A stretch of DNA of 64,000 nucleotides. Source: Candidatus Velthaea sp. GTDB lineage: Bacteria; Vulcanimicrobiota; Vulcanimicrobiia; Vulcanimicrobiales; Vulcanimicrobiaceae. Each line of letters starts with the position of its first letter. The stretch's first letter is position 1. Of the stretch, positions 39,562 to 48,743 are shown one piece after another. A program made the translations under genes and the position numbers. Where the stretch lies: NCBI GenBank assembly GCA_965214935.1, contig CBDCCS010000010.1, positions 128,001 through 192,000 on the forward strand, written 5' to 3'. Below the pieces are notes generated by a model, which made no database searches, was not told the origin of the DNA, and saw only the letters and a program-made list of their open reading frames with translations.

Positions 39562-40278
39562 TTACCGCGTCGCGGCCGTTAACACATTCTTGAAGCCCTG
39601 CGGCGTCCACGCCGCGCGCCCGACGAATAAACCGTCGATGCCGGGTAATGCTGCGAAGCCGCCGGCGGTCGCCGCATTGACGCTGCCGCCGTAAAGCAGC
39701 GGTATGTCACCAAGTGCATCTGCCAGCGCCGTAACGACCGCGGCGACATCGTCGGATCGCGCGGTTTGACCGCTTTCACCGATCGCCCAAACCGGTTCGT
39801 ACGCAACGATGATTTGCGAGCGGTCGACCACACCATGCACAGCAAGGCGTAATTGGCGCAGCACCGCATCCGCCGCCGCACCGCACCGCCGTTCCTCCGC
39901 ACTGTCGCCGACGCAGAGCAGCACGCGCAAGCCGTTTGCAAGCGCCGCTTCGACTTTGCGCTGCACGGTACCGTCGTCATCGCCGAACAGGCGCCGCCGT
40001 TCGGCGTGACCGATGAGAACGAGGTCGACATCGAGCCCACGCAGCATCGAGCCGGAGACTTCACCGGTAAATTCACCGCTCGGCGCCCAGTGCAGATTTT
40101 GCGCGCCGATCCACATGCCGCCGGCATGCGCCGGTGCGACCGCACCTGCCAGCGACGTAAACGGCGGAATGACGAATAACTGCACGCCATCGGCGTCAAG
40201 CGTCGACAGCGCACCGACGAAACTTGCGGTTTGCGCCGCAGTCTGGTTCATCTTTACGTTCGTGCCGAAGTAGCGCAC
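39562..40278 (-). CDS. lerI: Triosephosphate isomerase-family protein, L-erythrulose-1-phosphate isomerase-like
   Basis: GTNVKMN, GHAERR, AYEPVWAIG, YGGSV and the LerI-type GLFVGRAAW; adjacent to eltD. Confidence 0.72.
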   Translation of the reverse strand: MRYFGTNVKMNQTAAQTASFVGALSTLDADGVQLFVIPPFTSLAGAVAPAHAGGMWIGAQNLHWAPSGEFTGEVSGSMLRGLDVDLVLIGHAERRRLFGDDDGTVQRKVEAALANGLRVLLCVGDSAEERRCGAAADAVLRQLRLAVHGVVDRSQIIVAYEPVWAIGESGQTARSDDVAAVVTALADALGDIPLLYGGSVNAATAGGFAALPGIDGLFVGRAAWTPQGFKNVLTAATR

Positions 40279-40330
40279 AAGTCGTTCGCTTTACCGTGAT
40301 AGCGAAATCTTCATTGTGCAGCGTAGAGGC

Positions 40331-40849
40331 TTAAACGAATTCGTCGCTGAGTTGCGGCGTTGCCGTTTGCCGTTCGGTGTCTGTCTGCACGGTGACATGG
40401 CGTACCGGCGGCAGCAACGGAACGTGCGTAGCAGCGCCGGCAAGTCCATAGCGCGGCATATTGACGTAGGTTGATTCGGTGCTGCCCGCCGCGACACGAT
40501 AAATTTCATGCCAGATGCCGGTCCCGAGTCCGCGCCGCCCGAGCTTGTTGAACCAGCGCATGAGCCGCGTGTGTTTCCCGCCTTCGGCCATCGAGTAGCG
40601 GTGAAGATCCTCGTACGAGCGCCAGAACTGGGTGACAACGAGAACCGGCCACGACACCGCCGTCGACGTCGAAAGCATGCCGAGCGACGCGTTCGTCTGC
40701 TGTTCGGCCAGCATGAAGGGCATCGCAAAAGCGGTGCGTACGGCCGGCACGACACCGCGCCAGCCGTTAAAGCGCATGCCGATCCGAAAAAGAATCAGAT
40801 CGTGCGCGGTCTCCGCCGTATAGCGGCCGGGAAAAACGGGGTCTGTCAT
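40331..40849 (-). CDS. DUF4188 domain protein (Af470-like monooxygenase family)
   Basis: GRYTA, FRIGMRFN, QFWRSYEDLHRY, GIWHEIY, YVNMP..GL; GGAG SD. Confidence 0.85.
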   Translation of the reverse strand: MTDPVFPGRYTAETAHDLILFRIGMRFNGWRGVVPAVRTAFAMPFMLAEQQTNASLGMLSTSTAVSWPVLVVTQFWRSYEDLHRYSMAEGGKHTRLMRWFNKLGRRGLGTGIWHEIYRVAAGSTESTYVNMPRYGLAGAATHVPLLPPVRHVTVQTDTERQTATPQLSDEFV

Positions 40850-40886
40850 CCGAATTCTCCAAACGAAAGTAGACACTGGAAACATA

Positions 40887-40902
40887 TGCTATAATATGAC
40901 CG
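40887..40902 (+). promoter_or_regulatory. Extended -10 promoter (TGcTATAAT) 7 nt before the tetR ATG; predicted leaderless transcript
   Basis: TATAAT at 40890-40895, ATG at 40903, no SD. Confidence 0.7.
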
Positions 40903-41529
40903 ATGTCAACATTGCGCTATCATCACGGCGATTTGCGCGCGGCGCTGCTTGAAACAACGCGTTTGGTGCTGGCCCGGGTCGGCATCGAGGGGCTGAGTCT
41001 CCGCGAAGTTTCGCGTCAAGCCGGCGTTAGTCACGCCGCGGCGTACAATCACTTCCGCGACAAAGCCGGCCTTGTGAAAGCCGTCGTGGACGCTGCATTC
41101 GCCGACCTTGCCGCAGCGATGCAACGCGCGCGCGGCAGCACGTCCGATCCGCTCGTTGCACTCGAACGCATCGGTGTTGCCTACGTCGATTTTGCCTATA
41201 CGAATGCGCCCGACTTCAAAATCATGTTTCGGCCGGAATTGTGCGGTGTCGCCGATCCGGCGGCCGCTCGTGATAACGACGAAGCATACCGGATCCTCGT
41301 TGCGACGGTGAAAGATTGTCAGGCCGCCGGGCAGATCGTTGCGGGCAATCCCGAGCCGCTCGTCCTCGCTGCCTGGTCGATGGTTCACGGGCTCGCGTCC
41401 TTGATCGTCGACGGTCCAAATCGTGAACTCGCACCGAGTGCCGATGTCGCGCGCGCGCTCGCGCGCGGCTGCATCGCTCCGCTCATCGACGGCATGCAAC
41501 GACGCAAGCCGGCCAGCAGGAAGCGCTAA
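40903..41529 (+). CDS. TetR/AcrR family regulator (WHG-type C-terminus)
   Basis: YHHGDLRAALL, LSLREVSRQAGVSHAAAYNHF, AWSMVHGLA. Confidence 0.95.
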   Translation: MSTLRYHHGDLRAALLETTRLVLARVGIEGLSLREVSRQAGVSHAAAYNHFRDKAGLVKAVVDAAFADLAAAMQRARGSTSDPLVALERIGVAYVDFAYTNAPDFKIMFRPELCGVADPAAARDNDEAYRILVATVKDCQAAGQIVAGNPEPLVLAAWSMVHGLASLIVDGPNRELAPSADVARALARGCIAPLIDGMQRRKPASRKR

Positions 41530-42278
41530 ATACGGCGCAAGACTTCGGCCTTTTTTGCCGCAAACTCTTCGTCGGTCAAAATACCGTTGCTGCGCAATTC
41601 CGCGAGCTTTTCAATTGCGGAGAACGGGTCCGCCGGTGGAGTCGCACGTTGAGCCGGACGAGGTGATTGCGCAACCGGCTTGGCAAATATACCGGGAACG
41701 ACGGGTAATGCGGCAAGGTCGACGACACCAACGCCGGTCGAAAATGTGAGCGACGTGTCCGTCGTGTTTGCCTGCGCGACGCCGCTGATTCGATGTTCGA
41801 GCGTGTCGTACAACGTCACGCACCCATCTTCATCGACGGCAAGCCGGCGCGCCGCTGCAAAATAGGCGTAACGCCGTCCGTTCTGCGCACCCGAACTATC
41901 GGGCGCTCCAAACTCCGGCGGCCACCACGGCTGCGCGGCTCTGCGCTCGTTCGGACCGGCATGCTCCGGGATGCCCGCGACCGGCCCAGCCGCGGCTGTC
42001 GCGTTCGTAACCTCGCCCGCTGCCAGCGCCTGCGCCAAATCGCCGCACAAGCCGGCGACACGCGCTTTCAAGCTTGAATCAAACGTGTCTCCGACCATCG
42101 TCATGCCGCCGTGCATCCATTGACCGGCGCCCCCGAAGTCGGGATTATCGAATTGCGCCATGCGCCCGTTGCCGCGCGCGACCGATGCACACATCGACGC
42201 GACGCCCGGGGTCGAGAAGCCGTAACGGCCGGCGAGCGTGTCGAAGAACTGCCGGTCGCGATCGTCAATCGATGCCAT
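41526..42278 (-). CDS. SHOCT domain-containing protein
   Basis: MAQF.NPDFGG.GQWM.GGMTMVGD, WWP..FG.P.SSG.QN; C-terminal IEKLAELRSNGILTDEEFAAKKAE. Confidence 0.85.
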   Translation of the reverse strand: MASIDDRDRQFFDTLAGRYGFSTPGVASMCASVARGNGRMAQFDNPDFGGAGQWMHGGMTMVGDTFDSSLKARVAGLCGDLAQALAAGEVTNATAAAGPVAGIPEHAGPNERRAAQPWWPPEFGAPDSSGAQNGRRYAYFAAARRLAVDEDGCVTLYDTLEHRISGVAQANTTDTSLTFSTGVGVVDLAALPVVPGIFAKPVAQSPRPAQRATPPADPFSAIEKLAELRSNGILTDEEFAAKKAEVLRRI

Positions 42279-42336
42279 ACGCACCAGCGTTACCCTTTGA
42301 GGACCGTCAGCGACCTGCAAAGATACTTCAAGTCAA

Positions 42337-43470
42337 TCAAGCCGTGGCAAAGCGGAGCGGCGAGAGAAAGCCGATGTCGTGGGCGGTACCGCCGGCAGAT
42401 AGTAAGTCGGCAATCACTTCGCCGACGGCCGCTGCGAACTTGAATCCGTGACCCGAAAAACCACCGGCGATGACGATGCGTTCGTCGCCCGGATGCCGAC
42501 CGATCACGAAGTGCTCGTCCGGCGTGAGCGTATACAGACAGACTTTACCGCCCAGGTAGCGCTGCGTCGCGCCGGGTATCCAGTCTTCGAGCGCGGCGCG
42601 CACCGGCTCGACGTCTGCGCAGTGCACCGTTCGATCGACCGCCGCGGCATGCGTTACGGCGCCGAAGGTATGAAACGCCGCTTTGACGCCGTCGCCGAGA
42701 TCGGGGAAACCGTACATAAGCGACGGCCACTCGGGCCGGCTTATGAGAAACGTAGGAATCTCGGCCGGGCCGTAGTCTGCCGCTGCCGGGGCAAACCAGT
42801 GGGCGACGCGCCGTTCAACCACGAGCGGGATGCCGATTTCGCGCGCGACGTCTTCAAACCATGGGCCCATGCAGATCGCCAGTCGCCGCCCGCGATGAAC
42901 GCTGCCGTCACCGGCAACGACGTTCAAGCCGCCGTCGGCGCCGGCTTCCCAGCGTGCGACTATGGTGTTAAAGCACAACTCGGCGCCGGCCGCTTCGGCG
43001 ACGCGCAGGTGCGCCTCGATCGCGGCTTCCGGTATCACCAGACCCGCCTCGCGCTCGAGAATCGCCTCTTCGCCGGCGCGCGGTGCAAGCCGCGGGAACC
43101 GGCAGTGTATCTCAGCCGCTGTAAGCTCCTCGATTGGAATGCCGTGCAGCCGGGCACTCGTGCGCGCATTGCACAGGGCCGGATCGCCGGCGGTACCGGC
43201 CAGCAATACGCCCGTATCGCGCACGATGTCCAAGCCCGTTACACGTTCCAACTTCTTCCACAAATCGGACGCGCGCTGGACGAGCGGAACGTAGGCCGGG
43301 TGTTCGAAGTACGCTTTGCGAATAATGCGCGAACGGCCGCCCGACGACCCCAAATCGTGCACGCGACCGAACTGTTCGATGCCCAAAACGCGCAAGCCGC
43401 GTTGCGCGGCGTGCGCCGCGGCGGCACTGCCCATCGCACCCAGACCGACGATGATTACGTCGTACGTCAC
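42337..43470 (-). CDS. solA: N-methyl-L-tryptophan/monomeric sarcosine oxidase family
   Basis: YDVIIVGLGAMGS, GSSGGRSRIIRKAY, CLYTLTPDEHF, GFSGHGFKF; GTGA overlap with upstream stop. Confidence 0.9.
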   Translation of the reverse strand: MTYDVIIVGLGAMGSAAAAHAAQRGLRVLGIEQFGRVHDLGSSGGRSRIIRKAYFEHPAYVPLVQRASDLWKKLERVTGLDIVRDTGVLLAGTAGDPALCNARTSARLHGIPIEELTAAEIHCRFPRLAPRAGEEAILEREAGLVIPEAAIEAHLRVAEAAGAELCFNTIVARWEAGADGGLNVVAGDGSVHRGRRLAICMGPWFEDVAREIGIPLVVERRVAHWFAPAAADYGPAEIPTFLISRPEWPSLMYGFPDLGDGVKAAFHTFGAVTHAAAVDRTVHCADVEPVRAALEDWIPGATQRYLGGKVCLYTLTPDEHFVIGRHPGDERIVIAGGFSGHGFKFAAAVGEVIADLLSAGGTAHDIGFLSPLRFATA

Positions 43471-45098
43471 GAGCGCACGCCGTGCCAGCGCTCGATCGCG
43501 GCAACCGGCCACGTTTGACGCGTGTCGCACCCGACGAACGTCGTACGGCACACGTCGACCCGCGTGTATTGCCAGAGCGCAAGAATCGGGACGTCGACCA
43601 ACAATCGCCGCTGCATGAGCGTGAAGTCGCGCTGCAGTCCGGCCACATCGAAGCGGCGCAGCGAATCACGATACCAGCGGTCCATATCCGGATCGCAGTA
43701 CGCGCCGTAGTTACCGGAGATGCGCGGCGCATCGCAGGTGAAAAACCACGCCGGATAATAGGCCGGCAAGGCGTAGAACGAGGTGAAAAACATCTCGAAA
43801 TTACCGCGCGCGATCGGCCCGCTTTCTCCGTCGAAAAGCGCACCGAGATCGAACGTCTTTACTGCTACGTCGATGCCGACGGCGTGCAGTTGCTGCTGCA
43901 CGACGATGTCGACGGTCTGCGAAACGAAGTCCGTACTCGAAATGATCCGCAGGGTCAATTTTACGCCGTCTTTCCGGCGTACGCCGTCCGGCCCGGCGCG
44001 CCAGCCGGCGCCGTCGAGCAGGCGCCCCGCTGCGGCCGAATCGTTCGCCGGCGGCGTAATTTGCGGATCGTAAAAAGCGTTGAAAATACCTTTGACCGCC
44101 GTCCTTGCGTCGACCGCGCCGCGCGTCGCGCCATTGGCTAAAAACTGTCGGTTGATGCTTAGCGCGATCGCCCGCCGCACGGCCGGATCGGCGGTGATCG
44201 CATTACGCATGTTGAAAGCGATGAAGTTGTAGCCGGCCGTCGGCGTCTTGTACGTTGCTTGATTCGAAAGTTTGGAAACGGTCGTGTAATAGTTGACCGG
44301 AACGTTGAGCAGTGCATCGAGTCCGCCGCTGCGGAACTCATTGAACGCCGTTTCCCACTCGTTAAAACGAACGAGCAGGCGTCGCACATGCGGCACGCCT
44401 TTGAAGTAGTATGGATTCGCTTCGAGCGTCACATGATCGCCGCGCACCCACTCGACGAGCCGGTACGGTCCGGAACCAATCGGCGCACCGTTGAATGCAG
44501 CATGATTGAGACTGCCCGGACCGTCCGGAAAGCCATGCGCCGGTACGATCGGCAATGCCCACGCCGAAGCGAAAAACGTTGACGTTACTTGTGAATTCGG
44601 CGCTTTGAGCGCGACGTGAAAACTATAGCGGTCGATCGGCGTCACGCTGCGCACGTCATCGAAGGGCGCAGGCAGTGAAACATTATTACGCGGATCTTTC
44701 ATTGCCGCAAACGTAAATGCAACGTCGGCCGCGGTGAGCGGGCGGCCGTCGTGCCAGCGCACGTTGCGTCGCAAGTGATAGGTCAAACTCATGCCGTCGC
44801 GCGCGATCCCGCCGTTTTGCAGCGTCGGCACTTCGGTAATGAGATCCGGACCGGTGTTGCCGTCGGTATCGACGCGGGTGAGAAATGAGAAAAGGAAATC
44901 CGGTTCCAGGCCGCCCGGCCCGCTCGAAAGCAACGGATTGAGCGTCGGAGGCTGACCGTGAACGCTCACGATTAACTGCTCGATGTCGATCCCCGTCCGG
45001 CCGGTGCCGCGCGTTACCGCCGGTCCGCAGGCAGCCACAACGAGCATCGCAACGAGGGCGGCGGCGCGCATACCGGACGCAAAGCGCTGCGACGTCAT
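43467..45098 (-). CDS. Peptide/nickel ABC substrate-binding lipoprotein (family 5)
   Basis: Lipobox VAAC; WHDGRPLTAADVAFT, PIGSGPY, LEANPYYF, VRRAIALSINR. Confidence 0.92.
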   Translation of the reverse strand: MTSQRFASGMRAAALVAMLVVAACGPAVTRGTGRTGIDIEQLIVSVHGQPPTLNPLLSSGPGGLEPDFLFSFLTRVDTDGNTGPDLITEVPTLQNGGIARDGMSLTYHLRRNVRWHDGRPLTAADVAFTFAAMKDPRNNVSLPAPFDDVRSVTPIDRYSFHVALKAPNSQVTSTFFASAWALPIVPAHGFPDGPGSLNHAAFNGAPIGSGPYRLVEWVRGDHVTLEANPYYFKGVPHVRRLLVRFNEWETAFNEFRSGGLDALLNVPVNYYTTVSKLSNQATYKTPTAGYNFIAFNMRNAITADPAVRRAIALSINRQFLANGATRGAVDARTAVKGIFNAFYDPQITPPANDSAAAGRLLDGAGWRAGPDGVRRKDGVKLTLRIISSTDFVSQTVDIVVQQQLHAVGIDVAVKTFDLGALFDGESGPIARGNFEMFFTSFYALPAYYPAWFFTCDAPRISGNYGAYCDPDMDRWYRDSLRRFDVAGLQRDFTLMQRRLLVDVPILALWQYTRVDVCRTTFVGCDTRQTWPVAAIERWHGVRS

Positions 45099-45143
45099 TG
45101 TCGCACGCTCGGCGGCGCCTTCAACCTTACACGCGTCGTCCGA

Positions 45144-47987
45144 TCAATGGGTCGATCCGGTCGCGTATTGGAATTTGAGCCGCACGGTCTCGGGGCCGTA
45201 CGAGTATGATTCCGTCGCACCCAGCAGATGATTGGCGAGCGGTACGGGGACGCCCCCGACGCAGTTGGCGAGATAGCCGTTTGCATGCGCGCCACCGAGA
45301 TTTTCACCCGATAACTGCAGTGTCGTGCGCGACGATAGCCGCGCGCGAACCGTCGCGCCGAGCACCACGAACGCCGGCACGCTGTACGAATTATTGTTGC
45401 CGTAATACGTCAGCCCGAGCCGGTAAAACACTCCACCGGTGCGGTAATTGAGTTCGCCGTAGCCTTGCGCATACGGCACGCGTCCGAACAGCATGCCGTT
45501 ATAACCTAAACCGGTCGGCTGGAAATTCACGTTCGGGATGACGCCCAGATTCTGGGTGAACGCACCCGATACCGTGTCGTAAAAGCCGGCCGGCAAGTTG
45601 TACACGTAGGCCCGGATGAGCGCACCGTCGAGGGCAAAACCAAGTCCTCGCTGCGGATCGCGCCGAACGCTCAATTCGAGCCCTTCGTAGCGCGACGTCC
45701 CGAGGTTGGTCGAGGCCACTCCGTAGAGCGGCAAGTTCAGCGCCGCCGGGAGACCGCAGCACAGGCCGGTATAGCTACCCGTAAGCGTCTCGGTTTGTAA
45801 GAACTGATTGTGCAAATTGGTCAAGTACACGTCAGCCGATGCGGTGATCCCATGACCGAACCGTTTGTCGGCGCCCAAGTCGTATCCGAAACCGGTCTCC
45901 GGTTTGATGTCCGGACTGTTCTGCGTCACCGTCCAATACGTCGGTAAACCGTTATTGTTGGGCACCGGCGGTGCTTGCGCGGTCGATACGAGCTGCAGGT
46001 ACGGTGGTGCAATCGACGACCCGGCACCGAAGCGCAGCGATGTATTTCGATCCGGCTGCCAGGTCAAACCGAGCCGCGCACCCTCGAAGGCATGCGTGTG
46101 ATCCGCAAACGTCAACCCTGAATCTTGCGTGCTGTGATTGGTATACAAAAAATAATAGTCGCTCAAGGTCGCGTTGATGCGCGGCGTGAGCGCAAGTTGC
46201 GCGCGACCCTGCAGCGTCGATTCGGTCTGCGACGAACCCGACGGCACATACAGCGCGTTTCCAAAGCCGGCGATGCCGCCGAAATACGACGCCGTCTTCG
46301 AGGCGTTGTACGCCAGGCTGAAAATAGATTCGTGAACCGGGTGGTCGAGCTCGAAGGAGTAACCGCCGACTTTGTCCATCCGATCGTACGTGTAAAGCGT
46401 TCCGGGCGCCGTCACGGTTGCCGTCTGCCCGTTGAAATTCGTTAACGTGCCCGGTGCGTCGCCGAGCAGAACCGAGCCGTACAGCGGGACGGAATACGTC
46501 GTCGTGCCGTTTTCGCCGCCGTCGAAAAGCAGATCGTGCACCGAGCCGCTAAAGCCTTGAAACAAAAGCGTGTTCGTCCCGAGTGCACTGCGTACTTCGG
46601 CTTGCCATAAGTTGCTTGAATTACGATCGAGAAATTGGGGGAACTGATCGTTCTGGCAACACGAGACATCCTGGCCCGACGTAAACGGGCCGACGGCCGC
46701 CGACGCCGACGAAAACGTCGTCGGATAAGCATAGTTTTCAAGGCCGTTGAGATCGGTCTGCGTTTGGCTGCCGAGATATGACAGCGTCACCGAGGTCTGC
46801 TCGGAGAAATTGACGCGCACCTTCGCGAGCTCCGAGCGGAGCTGGAAGTCGCTGTTGACCGGAACGCAGCAGCCCGCGAGCGTTGCGACGTTGGAGTTCG
46901 ATTGGTAGATCGCCGGATTACCCGCGACTTGCGTGAACGGTGAGGTTACGATCGGCTGACCGTTGATCGTCGTTGCATACAGCGGCGCGACGGGCTCGGC
47001 ATGATTGCGATACGCGCCGGGCGAGCCGGTCGAGTTGTAGTTCAGTGCGTAGCCGATCTTACCGGCCGTTCCGGTTGCTTGAAGATTGATGAAACTGCCG
47101 ACTTCATTATCGAGACCGTAGTCGATGGAACGCTGAGATTTCGCCGTCGGTTCGAGCGTACGCAAATTCAGTGTCCCGCCGATCGCGTTGTTGATGACCG
47201 GCACGGCCGATCCCGGACCCTTGACCACTTCGACGCTTTGCAAAACGTACGGGCTCAAGTAGGCGAGGTTGTACGTTCCCGTGCTGCCCACGACGATCGG
47301 GTGACCGTCGATGAGCACCGAGTTTTCATACGGCAACGCGCCGCGAATGGACGGCACGCCGAATGCGTTACCGGGGTTGGCCGTCGTGACTTGGGCATCG
47401 TAATTCGTATAACTCGTGGTGACGCCGGGAATCTCGCTGAGCACGGCCGGCAGTTGCAATTGGCCTTGATCGATGAACGTCTGTGCGCTCAGCGTCGCGA
47501 TGGAGGCGCTCGACGTATTGATCGATCCGCCGCCGGCACGCGATCCGCTTACCCGGCCGATCTCACGCAGCGATGAGAACGACGCAGCCGGAAGGAGAAT
47601 CGTCGCAAGCGTCGGCTGACCGGCGAGAATCGTAACGTCGTCGCGCGAAACCGAGCTGAAACCGGGCTTCGAGATGAACAAGGTATAGAGACCGGGCGGC
47701 ACTGCCGCAAAGCGAAAATGTCCGGCAGCGTCGCTCGTCGCGACGGCACTTCGCCGGCCCGAAAGGCGGATTTGCGCGCCGCCGATTGCAATCTGTCGCT
47801 CGTCGACGATCGAGCCTTGTAAACCGCCGGCAGTCGCTTCGGATGCCGGTCCCGCCGGCACGTTCGCGCCCGCCGGCAACGTCGCAGGCGGCACGGGCGT
47901 TTGCGCGACCGTTTGCAGCGTCGTAAGGTCAAGCGTCAGAAGACAAGCGATCATCGCCGTCCAGACGCGCCGGCCGAACGTACTCAT
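45144..47987 (-). CDS. TonB-dependent receptor with N-terminal carboxypeptidase-regulatory-like domain
   Basis: Signal peptide; plug motifs VLIDGHP and VEVVKGPG; PETGFGYDLG; beta-strand-rich C-terminus with ENL. Confidence 0.9.
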   Translation of the reverse strand: MSTFGRRVWTAMIACLLTLDLTTLQTVAQTPVPPATLPAGANVPAGPASEATAGGLQGSIVDERQIAIGGAQIRLSGRRSAVATSDAAGHFRFAAVPPGLYTLFISKPGFSSVSRDDVTILAGQPTLATILLPAASFSSLREIGRVSGSRAGGGSINTSSASIATLSAQTFIDQGQLQLPAVLSEIPGVTTSYTNYDAQVTTANPGNAFGVPSIRGALPYENSVLIDGHPIVVGSTGTYNLAYLSPYVLQSVEVVKGPGSAVPVINNAIGGTLNLRTLEPTAKSQRSIDYGLDNEVGSFINLQATGTAGKIGYALNYNSTGSPGAYRNHAEPVAPLYATTINGQPIVTSPFTQVAGNPAIYQSNSNVATLAGCCVPVNSDFQLRSELAKVRVNFSEQTSVTLSYLGSQTQTDLNGLENYAYPTTFSSASAAVGPFTSGQDVSCCQNDQFPQFLDRNSSNLWQAEVRSALGTNTLLFQGFSGSVHDLLFDGGENGTTTYSVPLYGSVLLGDAPGTLTNFNGQTATVTAPGTLYTYDRMDKVGGYSFELDHPVHESIFSLAYNASKTASYFGGIAGFGNALYVPSGSSQTESTLQGRAQLALTPRINATLSDYYFLYTNHSTQDSGLTFADHTHAFEGARLGLTWQPDRNTSLRFGAGSSIAPPYLQLVSTAQAPPVPNNNGLPTYWTVTQNSPDIKPETGFGYDLGADKRFGHGITASADVYLTNLHNQFLQTETLTGSYTGLCCGLPAALNLPLYGVASTNLGTSRYEGLELSVRRDPQRGLGFALDGALIRAYVYNLPAGFYDTVSGAFTQNLGVIPNVNFQPTGLGYNGMLFGRVPYAQGYGELNYRTGGVFYRLGLTYYGNNNSYSVPAFVVLGATVRARLSSRTTLQLSGENLGGAHANGYLANCVGGVPVPLANHLLGATESYSYGPETVRLKFQYATGSTH

Positions 47988-48604
47988 TCGTTCCCTTGCA
48001 CGCGATTGAGCCGCGCGAGATCGGCATCGAGTAAAGCCAGCGCATCACCCGTTCGCAAAGCCGTGCAGAATTCGCCGTGCAGACTTGCGACGGTTACGGC
48101 GTGGATTGTATCGGGCTCGTAAGCAACTCCGTCGAAGCCTAAGCGATTCGTACACGCACACGCATCATCCACAAGGTACGTGTCGAAGGCAAGGTTGTTG
48201 GCCATTCGCACCGTCGTCGAGATACACATATTGGTGAAAAAGCCGGCCACGACGAGCCGGTTAACCTGACGGCGGCGTAACAAGATGTCGAGCGCCGTTC
48301 CGATGAACGCGCTGTTTACGTCTTTGCGAATGACCGTCTCGTCGGCTAGCGGCGCGAAATCCGCTTTGATTGCTCCCCCGCGAACGGCCAACTTGAGCGG
48401 CGAGGCTGCTTCGCGCGAATCGTGGGTCGTAAAATAAACCGGCAGCCGCCGCTCGCGCCATGCTCCGAGCAGCTCGCTAATGCGTGTCTCGGCGTGCGGA
48501 TTGTTGCGCCGGCCGTTCGGACCACCCCAGTGTTCGAGCTCATCGACACCGTTTTGACAATCGATGAGTAAGAGCGCCGTGTCGTGCGTGAAACGCGAGA
48601 TCAT
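47984..48604 (-). CDS. Isochorismatase-family cysteine hydrolase
   Basis: ALLLIDCQ (Asp), RKDVNSAF (Lys), GFFTNMCISTTVR (Cys); ATGA overlap with the TBDR gene. Confidence 0.92.
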   Translation of the reverse strand: MISRFTHDTALLLIDCQNGVDELEHWGGPNGRRNNPHAETRISELLGAWRERRLPVYFTTHDSREAASPLKLAVRGGAIKADFAPLADETVIRKDVNSAFIGTALDILLRRRQVNRLVVAGFFTNMCISTTVRMANNLAFDTYLVDDACACTNRLGFDGVAYEPDTIHAVTVASLHGEFCTALRTGDALALLDADLARLNRVQGNE

Positions 48605-48743
48605 TCGTCGTTATCGATTCTTCCCGCACGAACGTACGTCCGCGCATGAGCGGGTCGAAGTTTAAACCGAACGTCGAATTTCCTTTCGCGTTTCGGCCGG
48701 CTGCGCAACGCGCTGCGGCGAAGCGGGGCGCGCGCAATCGCGC

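Noticed and set aside
42448..43518. Long antisense ORFs (356 aa here; also 37168-38133, 19795-20670, 18065-18925, 56850-57668)
   Set aside because: Shadows of well-supported genes on the opposite strand, expected in GC-rich DNA; no motifs.
48629..48642. CGAAC-GTAC-GTCCG, near-SOS box between the hydrolase and aminopeptidase genes
   Set aside because: One mismatch in the core, no clear overlapping promoter and no repair-related neighbours; plausible by chance.
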